From: Rhizophagus irregularis
Lineage: Eukaryota
DNA length: 64,000 nt
NCBI RefSeq assembly: GCF_026210795.1
Contig: NC_089430.1
Location: 620,001-684,000 of the forward strand
Direction of reading: 5' to 3'
The translations under genes and the position numbers were made by a program. The notes beneath the pieces were generated by a model. The model was given only the letters and a program-made list of their open reading frames with translations. It ran no database searches and was not told where the DNA came from. This document shows positions 11,575 through 25,456 of this stretch, piece after piece; positions within the stretch are counted from its first letter, which is position 1, and the number at the start of each line of letters is the position of its first letter.

Positions 11575-14500
11575 ATGCTCTTTTACAATTTATCTAAAGC
11601 AGAATTAAAGTCACATCAAAGAAAACATCGTAGAGGAAGAACAATCAACCAAAAAGAAGTTTACTGTATTCAGTGTTATCCAACAGATTCTATTCCAGCT
11701 GACAATATCCCTGACGGATTTGAGAAATTTTGGCTCTGGATTTCTATTCAGTACACAGCAAAACAATATACTGGAGCAACAGTAGCCGCTTTTAAAGTAT
11801 TAAAAACTGAATTCTTTATAACTACACAACTCAATACACTTGTCGGTATAACTACTAAGATCCTACAAAGTATAAAGTTTCGACAAATAAATACTTCTTT
11901 ATTAGAATTATCTTTTTATTTACATAAATTATTTGAATTAACAAACGGATTCAAGAGTTTACCAACCAATACTCAAGTGACCAACGCATATCAAATTTTT
12001 CATAATATACCAGTAAATAATAACACCAACATGAATGAAGGTCAGATGAAAGATCTTATGAAGTTAGTTTGGGGAACTGACCCAACTGATAATAATAACC
12101 CCAGAAATGTTGGAAACCTCTTGGAAAATACTTTGAATAATAATACAACTGCCATTACTACTGCGTTACAAAATAATCTTAATGCCCTCAATGCTCTTAC
12201 AACTGCCAACCAAAATCGTACAACATCTAAAGTTGTAGATGTTCCCTTTTTCTATGGGCGTGATGATGAAGATCCATACGAATGGTGTCGACTCTTTGAA
12301 GCTGCCTTTGCAGCTAATGGATGGCCAGATAATCGAAAAATTGCTTTAGCCGCTGGATTTCTTAAGGAAGCTGCCCGAGATTGGTATGAAGAGGATAGAG
12401 GAAATATCAACCAATGGCATGTAGATGACAATGCAAATAACTTTGATACCCGACTTATAAACTACTTTGCAACTGCTGCTCGAAGGAATCAGTGGACCAG
12501 AGAACTGCAAAATATTAAACAAGGAGACAATGAATCAGTAGAAAACTACTCCCGACATTTTAAGAAGTTGTTAAATAAAGCTACTCAAGGAGAAGCTTTA
12601 GCTGCAAGATACCAAATTAACTACTATATTAATGGTCTCAAGTCCTTTTTAGTTGGACAGGTAGTAATTGGAAATACTAATACTTTGGAAGCAACCATTA
12701 CCCGAGCCAAGTTAGTAGAATTAGGTGTAAATACTACTCTTTTAACTACAACACCTGTAACTACTAGTACTACAGAACCTATTCCAACTACTACTACTGT
12801 TAAACCAACTCCACAAGTGGATGAAATGGAAGCATTAACAAAACAAATGCAACAACTCGCTCTTAATTATGCAAATCTTTCATCAGTTTTAATGGTTCAA
12901 CAAAGCACTCCTCGAAATACTAGACCTAGACCTAATAATAATAACAATCAAAATCGTCAAAATGGTCAAGCCCCTACTCAGAATTCCTTTAATCCAAATA
13001 TCACTTGTTTCAGGTGTGGAAATGTAGGTCATATTTCCAGAAACTGCCAAATGGGAAGATATACCAATAATGGAAATATTAATAATAATAATAATAATCG
13101 CCCTCGCCAAAGAGCACCAGTTACACCTATTAATTATGCAGATGATGAAGCAGAAATTTACTATGATGAATATGAGAATGAATATGAGGAAGAATGGGAG
13201 GAAGAAGACGAATATGAAGCATATGTCACAACTCGTTCTAGATCTGTTCCATATGAGATATCCTCTCCTAGAGGAAAAAGAACAAGATTTTCAGAATCTC
13301 AAAAGGAAGACCAATTACGTACCCAACCTATTCCCCCAGTAACTCCTTCTACACCCATGGAAATGGATGCTACAGCAGAACCTTCTACAAAAAGAAAAGT
13401 AAGAACCAAAATGGTCCCTGCGCCTATTGAAAATGTCAATGAATTTGATATAGCTAAATATATTAGTGACCTTCCTTGTGGTCTATCTATCGGTCAAGCA
13501 ACAGCCCAACTTCCTGTTTACAGGAAAGGATTAATTCAAAGTATGAGGAGAAAGCGTGAAAAGATTGATAACAATAATTATATTGGAGAAAGTTACTATG
13601 GAGACTCCAACTCAGAAGAAGAAACTCCCACTACCGCTGCTAAATGTGAATTTCATATTAACCAACAACCAGTTATTGCAGTAATTGATAGTGGAGCTGC
13701 AGTTAGTATTATGACTACTGCCATGATGAAAACTTTGAAATTAACTATCGATGGACCTTCAGAATATGTAATTAAAACTGCCAATGGAACTAGAGTTAGG
13801 TCATTGGGAAAAATCCAAAACTTACCCCTAAAAGTCAGAAATTTAATTATTAAAACCAATGTTCAAATCATAGAATCAAGCGATAGTGTTTTTATTCTAG
13901 GAAATAACTGGATGAGAAAGGTAAATGCTGCTCTTGACTGGGACAAGAAGACACTAACTATCAGATACAATGGACGATCCACAACAGTCCCTGTGATTTT
14001 TACTCTCCCAAAACCTATTAAAATGAAGCAATCATTTGAGTATGATGACGAAGAAGAATATGAGTCTGAAGAGTTAGAAGAAGCTCAAATCTATATATCT
14101 GATTTTTCTGGTTATTCAACAGAAGAATCCCTTGAATTTAACCCATGGGAAAATGAAGTATCTCCTGCCCACCAAAATAATGAAGATGAAGAATTGGAAG
14201 AATCAAATCCTGCCATTTATTTAGCTCAAGCAGAAGTATATAGTGGAGAAAAAGTCAATCCAGACTTACATTTAGGACCGTTAGACTACCATCAACAAAG
14301 CCAATTTCAACAACTCTTGAGTGACTATGCAGATATTTGTGCTAAAAGCCAAACAGAAATTGGAAAAACAAATGTAATTAAGCACAAAATTATTACAAAA
14401 GATGCTACTCCCATCTTTCAACCACCCTACAGATGTAATCCTAAATATAGAGAGTTTTTACAAGGAGAAATCACAAGAATGGAAAGTCAAGGTCTTATAC

Positions 14501-16560
14501 GAAAATCAGCCAGCCCTTGGGCTTCACCTGTGGTAATTGTTGATAAAAAAGGAGGAGAAAAACGTTTATGCATAGACTATCGTAAATTGAATGCTGTCAC
14601 CAAAGCAGATGCTTACCCATTGCCTCGAATTGATGATATGCTTGAATCTTTTAGTAATGCAACATGGTTTACCACATTAGATTTAGCCAGTGGTTATTGG
14701 CAAGTAGCTATGGATTCAGCAGATGTTGAAAAGACTGCTTTTATTACTCCATTTGGACTATATGAATTTTTAGTAATGCCCTTTGGTTTAGCTTATGCGC
14801 CTGGAACTTTTCAATGACTAATGAATAGAATACTCCAGGAGTATCTAGGAAAGTTTGTGGCAGTATACTTAGATGATGTAATCATTTACTCAAAAGGAAC
14901 CTTAGAACAGCACTTGGATCACCTTAGACAAGTATTTGAAACTCTTAGACGAGCAAATTTGAAAATTAAACTTAAGAAATGTTACTTCTGTCTTGGAAAT
15001 ATTCATTTCCTAGGACATGTAGTCGGACGAGAAGGTATCCGGCCTGATCCAGAAAAAATTGAGAAAATTAAAACTTTTCCGGTTCCAACAAATCTAACAC
15101 AACTTCGCTCAGCATTAGGCTTATTCTCTTACTATCGAAAGTTCATCAAAGATTTCTCAAAAATAGCCAAACCAATGTTATTACTTTTAAAGAAGGAAAC
15201 TCCTTTTCATTGGACTGAGAAACAGCAAACTGCATTTGATTATTTGAAGGAAAGATTAGCTAAATCCCCGATCTTAACATACCCTGACTTTGAACAACCC
15301 TTCATTATTCATACAGACGCATCTGGTACTGGACTTGGTGCTGTGTTATTACAAATAAGAGAAGATGGAAAAGAACATGTAGTCGCTTATACCAGCAGAT
15401 CTTTAAATAAGGCTGAATGCAATTACCCTATAACCGACCAAGAATGTCTTGCGATAGTGTGGGCTATCAAACATTTCCAACACTACTTAGGATTAAAACC
15501 TTTCACAATTGTTACTGACCATTCTGCTCTAAAATGGTTAAAGACATCCAAAATCCCAAAAGGCCGCCGTGCGAGATGGGTCATGGACCTTCAACAGTAT
15601 GACTTTAATATTAAGCATCGAGCGGGAAAAGCGAACGCAAATGCAGATGCATTATCTAGAATGTTTGAAGAAGATAGCCAAACTCTTAGTTGTTTCATGA
15701 TTTCTATCGAAAAAGAAGGACAAATTAATGCAAATGAAAGTTCTACTCCAGTACACGAAGAGTACGATGCAGATTCAGAAGATGATTATACTGATAGACC
15801 TGCTCAAAGAGCTATTGATTTGTTAAATCGTTGTGATAATCTAATATATGATATGCAAAGCTACATTGAAGAACGATCTGAAAATAACTCTCCTATTAAT
15901 ATTGTTTCAGGAATTCGATATGATTTTGACAACCCCAATGGACCTCATCCAGAAGATTGTATTTGTAAAGTTTGTCAACCTCCTCCAGCCCGTTCACCAT
16001 CACCATATAGTTGTTGTAACGAAATTATTTGTCAGTGTAATGAAGATAACTATTCGATTGATACAGAAGAATATAATAATTCGTGGGAAAGACAAATTTA
16101 TGGAGATGCATTCTCTGATTATTCAGAAGAAAATCAGATTAATATTGAAGAACATATCGCCTGGACCATGTGTGGTATGAACCGTCAAGCTCTAGAAAAT
16201 ATGTATTTGGAAAATATAAAAATTAAACAAGTAATCGCCGGTCAACAAATCAATCATGGTGGAAGTCGATGTACTATGGAATGTGATACAGAAAATCATC
16301 ACGTGTATACATATTGTACGATGTGCAAGAAGAATCTATTTTATGGAACTACTATGCACGACTGTATCATTGGATTCACTTTAGGAAAAATTAGGCCAGA
16401 TATGAATCCCAAATTCCTTATTAATAATCAATGGTGGAAAGAACCTCAAGCAGTACAACTTGAAAATAATATCAATTATCTTAAATATATCGAACGATTA
16501 ATGAATGATTTACCAGTTTACAAAGCATCTTTGGAACCTTTCATTGCCAATTTGGACTAA
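11575..16560 (+). pseudogene. Gag-protease-RT-RNase H polyprotein with one in-frame TGA (14815-14817) and a Cys-rich tail
   Basis: Gag core; CFRCGNVGHISRNC zinc knuckle; IDSGA protease; LDLASGYWQ, MPFGL and YLDD RT motifs; TDASG and TDHSAL RNase H. ORFs 11575 and 14821 are in the same frame. Confidence 0.92.
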
Positions 16561-16654
16561 AAGTCCACCTCTTTTACATATTATAATTAACAAAGTATCA
16601 AAGGGTGAAAGCGAAAGTGTCCGCATCGTGACGAGACAGCCTAAATTTTCAAAA

Positions 16655-17916
16655 ATGGATATTGAACATTACAATAACATATATAATTATTTAAAATATA
16701 ATCAATTACCTTTTACATTAAATAACCAACAACAACAACAAATTCAAAAACAATCAGTATATTTTATTATCAAAAATAATTTCATTTATAAAAAGGATAA
16801 AAAGAGACAAAATAATTTACTACGAGTAATTAGAAGACATGAATTGGAACCAGTTCTTTTTATGTTCCACAACGATCCTACTGCTGTGCATTTTTCAGTT
16901 GACACAATGTTTGACAAAATTCAATCAAGATATTATTGGCCACAAATGTACAATGACATCAGAGCTTATGTCATGTCATGTGACTCTTGTCAACGAAGAG
17001 GAAAACAAAAGACAAAGTTACCTTTACATCCTATTCCAGTAGAAAGTCCTTTCATCAAATAGGAATAGATTTTGTAGGACCTTTACCTATAACTAAAAAT
17101 GGAAACAAATATATAATTACAGCAATGAATTATTTAACAAAATGGCCAGAAGCACGACCTGTAAAAGAAGCTACTGCAGAACAAGCTGCACTTTTTATTT
17201 ATGAAGAAATAATTTGTCGACATGGATGTCCAGCAAAAATATTATCAGACCAAGGAACTCATTTTAGAAATCAAATAATTGAAAAATTAATGGAAAAATT
17301 TCAGATAAAACATTTATTTTCAACACCATACCACCCTCAAACAAATGGACTTGTAGAAAGATTTAATCGTACTTTATCAGAATCTTTAGCAAAATTATCA
17401 ACAGATCATATTGATAATTGGGATAATTATATTGCACCAATTTTATTTGCTTATCGTACTACAAAACATTCGACTACAAAAATCGCACCTTTCTTTTTAT
17501 TATATGGACGAGATGCTAAACTACCAACTGATTCATTAGAAAATAATGGAAATCCAACTTTAATAAATCACATAGAAAATTTAGTTGACCAACTACCTCA
17601 AGAAATCGAAATAGCTAAGACAAATATTGAAATATCTCAACAAAAACAAAAAGAACGACATGATAGAAAATTACGTCATCAAATAAAATTTTCTATTGGA
17701 GATAAAGTCTTATATTATGACGCAGCAAAAGAAAAGCAATGGACTGGAAAACTAAATCCAAAATGGAAAGGACCATACTATATTCATCAAGTTGGAGAAA
17801 AAGGAGCGTACAAATTACGAACTATAGATGGAAAAGTCTTACGAACTCCTGTAAATGGAAGTTTATTAAAATTGTATCACGATCGACAAAATTGGGAACC
17901 AATAATTGTAGTATAA
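16655..17916 (+). pseudogene. Gypsy integrase as a separate ORF, frameshifted near 17050
   Basis: H-H-CDSC zinc finger; IGIDFVGP, SDQG and NGLVERFN DDE core; WKGPY motif; ATG at 16655 after the pol stop. Confidence 0.9.
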
Positions 17917-18131
17917 TTAGTCACGATTAAGATCTACAACTCGTGGCAAATAGTTAATTTTATTTACAAGTGTTACAGACGATCAAAATGAATTTGCGAC
18001 TCAATGCCCCAGAAAAATTTATTAAAAAGATGAAAAATTTTAGAAATTTTATTGTGAAAAACTTAATGAAAAATTTATTACAAAAATATATTAGAAAATT
18101 ATAGGGAAAATCAGAAAGAAGAAATTTTTTT

Positions 18132-18480
18132 TTAATCAACTTCTTCATAACTAGGATTAGAAGTAGAACCGTTTGACAAAATTATATTACATTCCTCAAA
18201 AAGCATTTGTTTTGCTTCTTCAAATGCTGCTTCAGCACGACCTCTACTACTCTGCAAGCTAATATTATGTGAAATTAATTGACAAACTCCTTCTTCAAGA
18301 CCTTCTATTGTTCGCTGCTGGTCGATAATTAATTTTTGGGCCTCCCATAATTTTCGCTGCTCTCCAGCCCAGATTTTATTTTGGAATTCTATCTCGAGAC
18401 TCTTATGGGTCCCCATTTCCAGCAAGTTTTCAAATTTCTCTTGAAGATCTTCTTTTTCTTCCTTAGCTTTCGTAAGGTCC
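18132..18480 (-). CDS. Antisense accessory ORF inside the LTR element, coiled-coil-like
   Basis: Open frame of 97+ aa rich in E/Q/K/L, extendable to a possible AG acceptor near 18483. Confidence 0.35.
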
Positions 18481-19320
18481 TCTATTAGAAATAAAAATGG
18501 AGATTTATGGTCACTCCAAGTTAGTTAAAAACTAAGTGAATAAGGTCGATAGTACAAAAAAGTTCTACAGGTAGAGGCCTTTCAAGACTTAAATATCCTA
18601 GAAGTACAAGTACCCCGTCTACAAGCTGCGCAAAATCAACCTTTCAAGAACCGGATATAAGGTCGAAACCCTGTCTACAGGCAATCATACCGTTCAAGAG
18701 ACATCTTAAGAACCTTGCGTACAATACCCACCTTCAAGTTGACGAACTTTCATTTTACGCGCTTCTTTAAGTCTTTGAAATCTTGCTCGAGATTTCTGAC
18801 GTGAGGTATTAGATCGACGACAGGTCATGTTAGATAGATAGGTAGACAAAGAAAACTTTGGAAAAATTTTGGGATAATATCAAAGATTTTACGTGAAGAT
18901 AAGAAAAAGAGAAAGGGAAAAATTTAGACCTTATATAAGAAATAGGCACGACGCGAAAACACGTTAAAATCAGGCACAACAAAAATATCACGAAAAATCA
19001 CGACGCGAAAAATTATGAAAAATGTGGACGCATAAGACGCGCAAAAATCACTTTTGAAAATATTTCTGGAAAGTTCTAGAGAAAAATGTGAAGATATTTT
19101 TAGAACAAGGAAAAATAATCTTAAAATAGAAAAAAAAAAAACGCGGTTAAATAATTTAAGCGCTAAAAATAACTGATAGATGTGGTGAAACATGACAAGT
19201 AATACAAAAATCTTATCAGAAATAAACAAAAATCTAATCAGCAAAATGATCTACAGAAATTTAAAATATATATATAGATGCGGATAAGTTGACAAAAGAG
19301 TTTAAACCGCTTGAAGAAAA

Positions 19321-19734
19321 ATGGATTTTTCAGAAATACTAGAAGATATTCAACAAACTACTTCAGAAGAAATTAATTTTCCACCGCCACCCTACATGGA
19401 AGATGAAGATTTCCAAGTTAAATTTTCTGCAACTTTAAGAAGTGTAACGAAGTCAATACGACTAAAGGACACACAATTGGCTATGATTAACTCTTTCTAT
19501 TTGGGACAACTCCTAGACCAACTATCAACTCCTAGCGAACGATTAAAATACAAGCATAAAATGTCACTACATTATGCAACAATTGTAAAAAAGACTTTTG
19601 ATATTTTTGAGTTTTTTCCAGAACAAATCTTAAGGACGAAGAAACTAGACGTCCAGGTTATTAGGAAAATTACCAGACCTCAGATAAGGAAACTTAGAAA
19701 TAATTTATTGATTTTCGCAGGAGCTGCAAATTAA
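19321..19734 (+). CDS. Accessory ORF (137 aa) just before the PPT, unknown function
   Basis: Intact ATG-TAA ORF with AAAAATGG context and non-repetitive composition; ends at the PPT. Confidence 0.55.
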   Translation: MDFSEILEDIQQTTSEEINFPPPPYMEDEDFQVKFSATLRSVTKSIRLKDTQLAMINSFYLGQLLDQLSTPSERLKYKHKMSLHYATIVKKTFDIFEFFPEQILRTKKLDVQVIRKITRPQIRKLRNNLLIFAGAAN

Positions 19735-19745
19735 GAGGAGGAACC
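19733..19745 (+). promoter_or_regulatory. Polypurine tract
   Basis: AAGAGGAGGAACC directly before the 3' LTR. Confidence 0.85.
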
Positions 19746-20293
19746 TGTTACCCCTAGTCACGTGTAGAGTTACAATTTACTACGCCAGAAGATCATGTGG
19801 AAAATTAGGATCTACTGTGCCCAACTGTGCCAAGCCGACCTAGCCGCAGCCTATTTAGCCTATTATTTTTATTATATTTATTATATTAATTATATTTAAT
19901 ATAATCGATATAATTATTTTATTTATTATATTTAATTTATTTATTATATTTATTATATTAGTTATATTTATTATATTAGTTATATTTCTTATATTTATTA
20001 TATCTATTATATTTATTATATCTTTATATGTAGTAACTTTTATATAAATAACGTTGGTATTTTCCTTCGTTAAAAAGATAGTTCCTTCAGTTCGAATTAG
20101 TTTATCTTTAGTTCCATAATTCTTATTCTTGTAATTATAAAGTTCTATAATAAAGTATAACCTTTTACACTATAAACGAACTTCCTATTTTAAGCGTGTC
20201 TTGTTTGATTGGATTTCAGTCATAGTTAAACGTACTTAATCTCCCTGACTGCAAATCATAGTTAATCTATTCAACGTACCGAATCGGTTAACA
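19746..20293 (+). repeat. 3' LTR
   Basis: Direct repeat of 10754-11301. Confidence 0.95.
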
Positions 20294-21306
20294 ACGTGTA
20301 AAGTGATTGTAAAATTAGAAAAATAGCTAATAATGCATTTGGGACAAACGTCACCAATATAGAATGAATTATGAAGTTCACAACCAGTGCAAGGTGTAAG
20401 TAAATTAGGTGTGGAGTGAGGAGTTATATTATGATTAAGGATTAGACATATCTTTAAAGGGGATATGATGTTCTAAATAGACCTTTGGTGAATCTCCAGG
20501 AAAATGTGATTTTTCCAAAATTTTTCCATAAACTATACATGACACTCGTGGCGACCAAAAAGCAGCCCATTGATTTTTACAAGGAACACTATGATTATTA
20601 CATTTAATTATTTTAGGCTGTGGAAATCCAAGATCAGGTGACATATTATCGGATTGAGTCATAAATTGTAAACGATTTGTTGAAGGATTTAATACGATAT
20701 TATCTTTAAGAAAATCATACCATTTAGGTCGACGCCCTCGATTATTTTTTAATAATTTCTTGATCTCTTTCCAAGTTTTAAGAAAAGCACCGTCATTGCT
20801 AATTATTTGATCCAAGAAGAAAATATTCTTGTTCTTCAGTGATTTAACAAAACCAAAATATTTTTTGGGGTCAACGATGAAATAACTAATTGGATGTAAA
20901 CCACCAGTAACATTATATTTAAAATTTGTATTAAAGGATAAGTTATAGAAATGGAAAATGCATAATAGATTTTCTAAACGATTAAAATGTCTAGAAGGTT
21001 TGTGAAAATATTTAGTCATTTCACTTATATCATTTGTCCAAAGTTTACATTGTGATGTTAAAAAAAGGAATTCTATAACTTTTGACGTGACTGGGTTATT
21101 GATTTGTGCATTTAATAAGGATGCTTGGGAACGCAATTGTGAATCCCAAATATTCAAATATTGGGGTATATCGGATTATGTACCACCGAATTAAAAAAGG
21201 ATTTTGGTAATGATAGGGAGTGTTTAAAAATTGAACGTAAAATTCTATTGAATTTGTTACATTTGTTTGGTTCAATAAAAATGTGTTGCATTAAATATTC
21301 TATCCT

Positions 21307-24300
21307 AAATTTTAAGCTGTAATTTTTTGTTATCTTTAAGAACATTCCTGCTGAATATACACCTTGGTTTGTTGCAATATGTACAAAAAACAAAATCACG
21401 AACGCGATTATTATTAATTAGACCAGTTGGAATTGTTTCTTTTGAAGAATTGGATAAATTTGGCAAATGCTCCTTTGTTTCAGTTCCATATAAATCATTA
21501 AAATCTCTATAGTGTTATAAATCTAAAAATATTTTAAAATATTTTAGTTCATATATATAATTTAAAAATAGATCAATTTTTTTAAAGATATAAATGCAAT
21601 TCACTAAATATTTCTTTTGGTAATTGTATTGGCAAACAAAAGTTATATTCAAGTTCACCACATTTTTTTATCTAAAATTAATAATTTTTTAAAAAAAAAT
21701 TAGAATAAAATATTTAATAAATGAATAATAACTTTTATAAATTCAATTTGTACATACTTGAAAACTATATGTACGAATACAACAATGGGTTTTAATAAAG
21801 TCTTAAAGAATTCCATGCTTACTCAATGCATTTCTTAGTGAAGTTTCATGTAATTCTAAAGTTTCGTCTATCTTATAAATTTTCTATGATATTTAAAAAT
21901 AAATAAAATTAAAAATAATTTGTTAATATTTATCAAACCAAATATATTTATTATATTATTCATAAAACAATTCTTACTTCAAATAATTCATCAATTTGCA
22001 TTCTATAAGCAAGTTTATAGTGCTGAAAGCTTTTTTCATTAAGTGACAATCGGATAGTTCTCTCTTTTAATAAAGATTGCACCTCTTCAATAGATTTTTG
22101 CAATTGAATTGCTAACTGTTTATTTCCTTCAGCTGCCAAGCAAATTTCTTCTAATGTATTTTTACTTTTAAATATATCTTCTAAAATATCATCCATCTTA
22201 TCATGTTGCAGTGTTACTCCTTGTAATGCTAAATTTAATATTGACATTACACGCTCTGCAGGGTTCATCCAGCTATGGTATGGTGCAGTTCTAACACTAG
22301 CCAAAAAATCAAAATTACTACAAAGAAACAAACAAATTAATGAAATTTATACAGATCCAAATGTTACTCTATGATCAGGACCACCATCAGTGTATAAGTA
22401 TTACCTACATTTGCATAATCGTGTAAATGGTGCCGATTAGGAGATAATAAAAGCATTTCAGGTAAATTTTCTTGATGTTGCTTTTTAATATTATTATAAA
22501 TTTCAGTGGCATGTTGTATTGCTGTACTTGGTTGAAAAGTTGTATCTTTATATGATACATAAACTTGTCCATGATAAAAAGATTCATTAATACTTTCTGG
22601 TATATCTATGAATAATGTTACTGATGGTGTTAAAGATAGTTTCGTATAATCATGATCAGATGATGTTAAATCCACATTTTGTGGCACAAGTGATTTTTTA
22701 TTACGAACTCCAGTTGAAGTTGCAATTCCTTCTCCAATTGCTATTTTATGTTTGTCATCTGCACAGATAAATGAAGTATATTTTCGAAATTTAATTGAAA
22801 ATAATCTCATGTATTGAAAAAGTGCTGCACAATAGTGTGCATCTGGATGGAATTTTGATAGTTGCCGTGTTTGTATTTTATATTTTATATTGAATCTTCC
22901 AGTATATTGTGAAGCAGTTTGTGTAGCAGGATTCTTTGGCCAGAATTGAAGTCGGATATATTCATCAGATGGTATACATATTTCTGAATTTAATGGAGCA
23001 CCATATTTTGATTCTAATTTTTGTATAATTATTTTTTTGAGATCGGATATAGACATTGCAATAGGCAAATATAAAACAGAACTGGCCCGTCTATAACAGG
23101 GCGGACATCCTTATATCACCTTGCCGATCATTTGCCGATCTTATAGTAAATTGGGTGATATCAGACTTTAAAACTTCGGCCAAAGTCACAGAAGTTTGGC
23201 CGAAGCTTGAAACTTTTATGGGTTATAGTTTAACTGATTTAAAATCAATGGCCGAAGTAATCATTCCTAATTTTAGGTAATCAAGAAGTTATGGCTAAAT
23301 TTATACTTGCAATTATATTTGTTATAATCTATATAATAAATAGAAATTTTCAAAATGCAATTTCTCAATCAATTTGGCGTAAAAAATTATAAAATTACTA
23401 TCAAAATGTTTGTCTTGACGAGATGAATCTAAAAAGCTATAAAACATTAAATTTTAATCACTGGTTGTCACAATATCATTAAAATAATTTCAATTTTCTA
23501 ATTATTATTAAAATTCTGCCCATTTTTGGGTTTTAGTTAATTTTTGGATTTGAAAACATTAATTTTCGGACTTTGGATAAATTTTGATAACAAATAAAAT
23601 TTATATAGTTAAATTTGCAAAAAAATAGTATTTTTTATGTGATAATATTTAAAATAGATGATCGGCAAAATGATCGGCAATAATGTGATAATATGAGGAT
23701 GTCCGCCCTGTTCCCGTCTATCATGTACAGCTGGAACTATCTAGTATATAAAATTAATAAATTAATACAAATGACATCAATATTAAATAAACAAAAAATA
23801 AATTATTATTATTATTATCATTATTATTTTACCTCATTAAAATAATTGTTCATTTCATCCCAAAAAATATCAAATTTTGTGCCTTTGAATCCATTATTTA
23901 TAATTTACTCTTAAATCTAAGATAATTTCTGGATCTTGTAAATCCAATACAGTTTGGATCCGATCTTGCATTTCTTTTGTTAATTCATTTGATGATGATG
24001 ACGAATCTCCAGACAAATCTTGTAATAATTTATTCCAAATTAATGGCGTTAACTTTGCAATTAAGCTGTACTATAAAAGTAAAATAAAAATTAGGTTATA
24101 TAATTTTATAACTGAATTAAATTAAAAGCTTTCTTATACTAACCTTTTCAATTACATTTTTCTTCATTTGTCTTGTAAAGAATATTGGTACCATTTCATT
24201 TGCTAATAAAATTAATTGAGACTCTTTAGTTTTACTTCTATCATCAAAATATGGTAATTTCCAAATAAAATTTAAAGTTCCTAAATAGTTCCCATGATAA

Positions 24301-25456
24301 TACCGATATAAAGTAAATGCAGAATCAACTTCCAAATTTAAAATAAAATCGTAACGTGCTCGCTTATCATCAGAAAGATAAGTATCAAGTGATATTAATT
24401 CATAATAATCAGAATTGTGAAGTATTGAAGAAATATCATCATATTTCTTATCAAAGCTTTCTTTCTTTTCACGTATTTCTATCAAAATATTATCAATTTT
24501 GTTGCGTATAAAATCTACACTCAAATGATTTTCTTTAACACTCTGATTTACTTCTTCTAAATACTTTATATACTTTCTTGCATTATGACATAAATCAAGT
24601 ACTGAAAAGACAAATTGTTTCCATCTTTCTGCACTAGCCCATGGTTGAGATACACATGATTCAACTTCTTTAACATATCCATCTAACTTTACCACAGATA
24701 ATTGTTCTTTTTTATGCTTTCCAGTAAAATAAAATCTGTTATAATTGGAATTAATTTTATATTCTGGTAAATTTAAAATTATGTTTGGCAAATTACATCC
24801 ACGATCTTTTAATTTTGCATGATGTGGGTCAAGATACCATAGTAAATCAATAATTAAACAATTAATAAATTTGTCTCCAAATGTTTCGTGCATACCTCTG
24901 GTCCATCCTAGTGAATTTTGTTGTAAAATCCATAATATATCATTAAATAAAAAGTCCCGTCTTGTTGATGATTTATGTGCTACTGGAAGACAATATCTTT
25001 GACTATTCACCATTAATATTGGCAAAGGATTAACATGTGGTACTAAATCAGGTTCAATGTCTTCCAAATCTTCCAAAATATATTTAACTTGACATGGTTC
25101 AAAATTTTTACAAAATGATAATTTCATATCAAGTTTTCTAATATTGGCCCAATGTTTTGTTATTGGGTTGTAGAATTGTACAGATATTCTCCGATCATTA
25201 ACTGTATAACCCGTACTTCACTCAGCAAGTCTTCAAAATTTTTATTTTCTTCAATATCTATGGCATCATCTTGTAACAATTTATTGTGCTTATAAATGGC
25301 AACAATGAAATACATTATGATGACAGAAATAGAGTTAGAGTTAACGATAAAAAAAAGATTAAAATATAGGTCAGATCGTGTGGTACATGATCCAATTTTA
25401 TCATATCTGTGCGAGGTGCGTTGCTTGGTTAAAACTATCAAATCATATACAGTCAT
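21307..25456 (-). pseudogene. Intron-containing DDE transposase (Zator/TP36-like), disrupted
   Basis: Motifs CADDKHK, YTDGGPDH and TAPYHSWMNPAERVMS; GT-AG introns; stops and frameshifts; MITE insertion. The 5' boundary is approximate. Confidence 0.75.
23095..23712. mobile_element. MITE with 9-bp TSD (Mutator-like) inserted in a transposase exon
   Basis: TIR AACAGGGCGGACATCCT / AGGATGTCCGCCCTGTT; TSD CCCGTCTAT (23086-23094, 23713-23721). Removing it restores VPAVHDRRASSVLYLPIAMS. Confidence 0.9.

Larger units (their letters stand above)
10754..20293 (+). mobile_element. Full-length Ty3/gypsy LTR retrotransposon (9540 bp)
   Basis: 548-bp TG..CA LTRs; 4-bp TSD ACGT (10750-10753, 20294-20297); PBS and PPT present; PR-RT-RH-IN order. 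Confidence 0.97.
8704..21306 (-). mobile_element. 5'-truncated non-LTR retrotransposon (LINE) with RNase H, ~3.1 kb excluding the nested LTR element
   Basis: 14-bp TSD AAATTTTAAGCTGT at 8690-8703 and 21307-21320; (TAAA)n tail at ~8704-8725; ORF2 remnants at 20435-21306 and 9260-10753. Confidence 0.85.

Noticed and set aside
14815..14817. Programmed readthrough of TGA in pol
   Set aside because: It lies inside the conserved RT motif (TFQR), so a CGA-to-TGA mutation is the simpler explanation.
21154..21399. 81-aa ORF as a gene
   Set aside because: Chimeric across the LINE 5' junction (TSD at 21307-21320).
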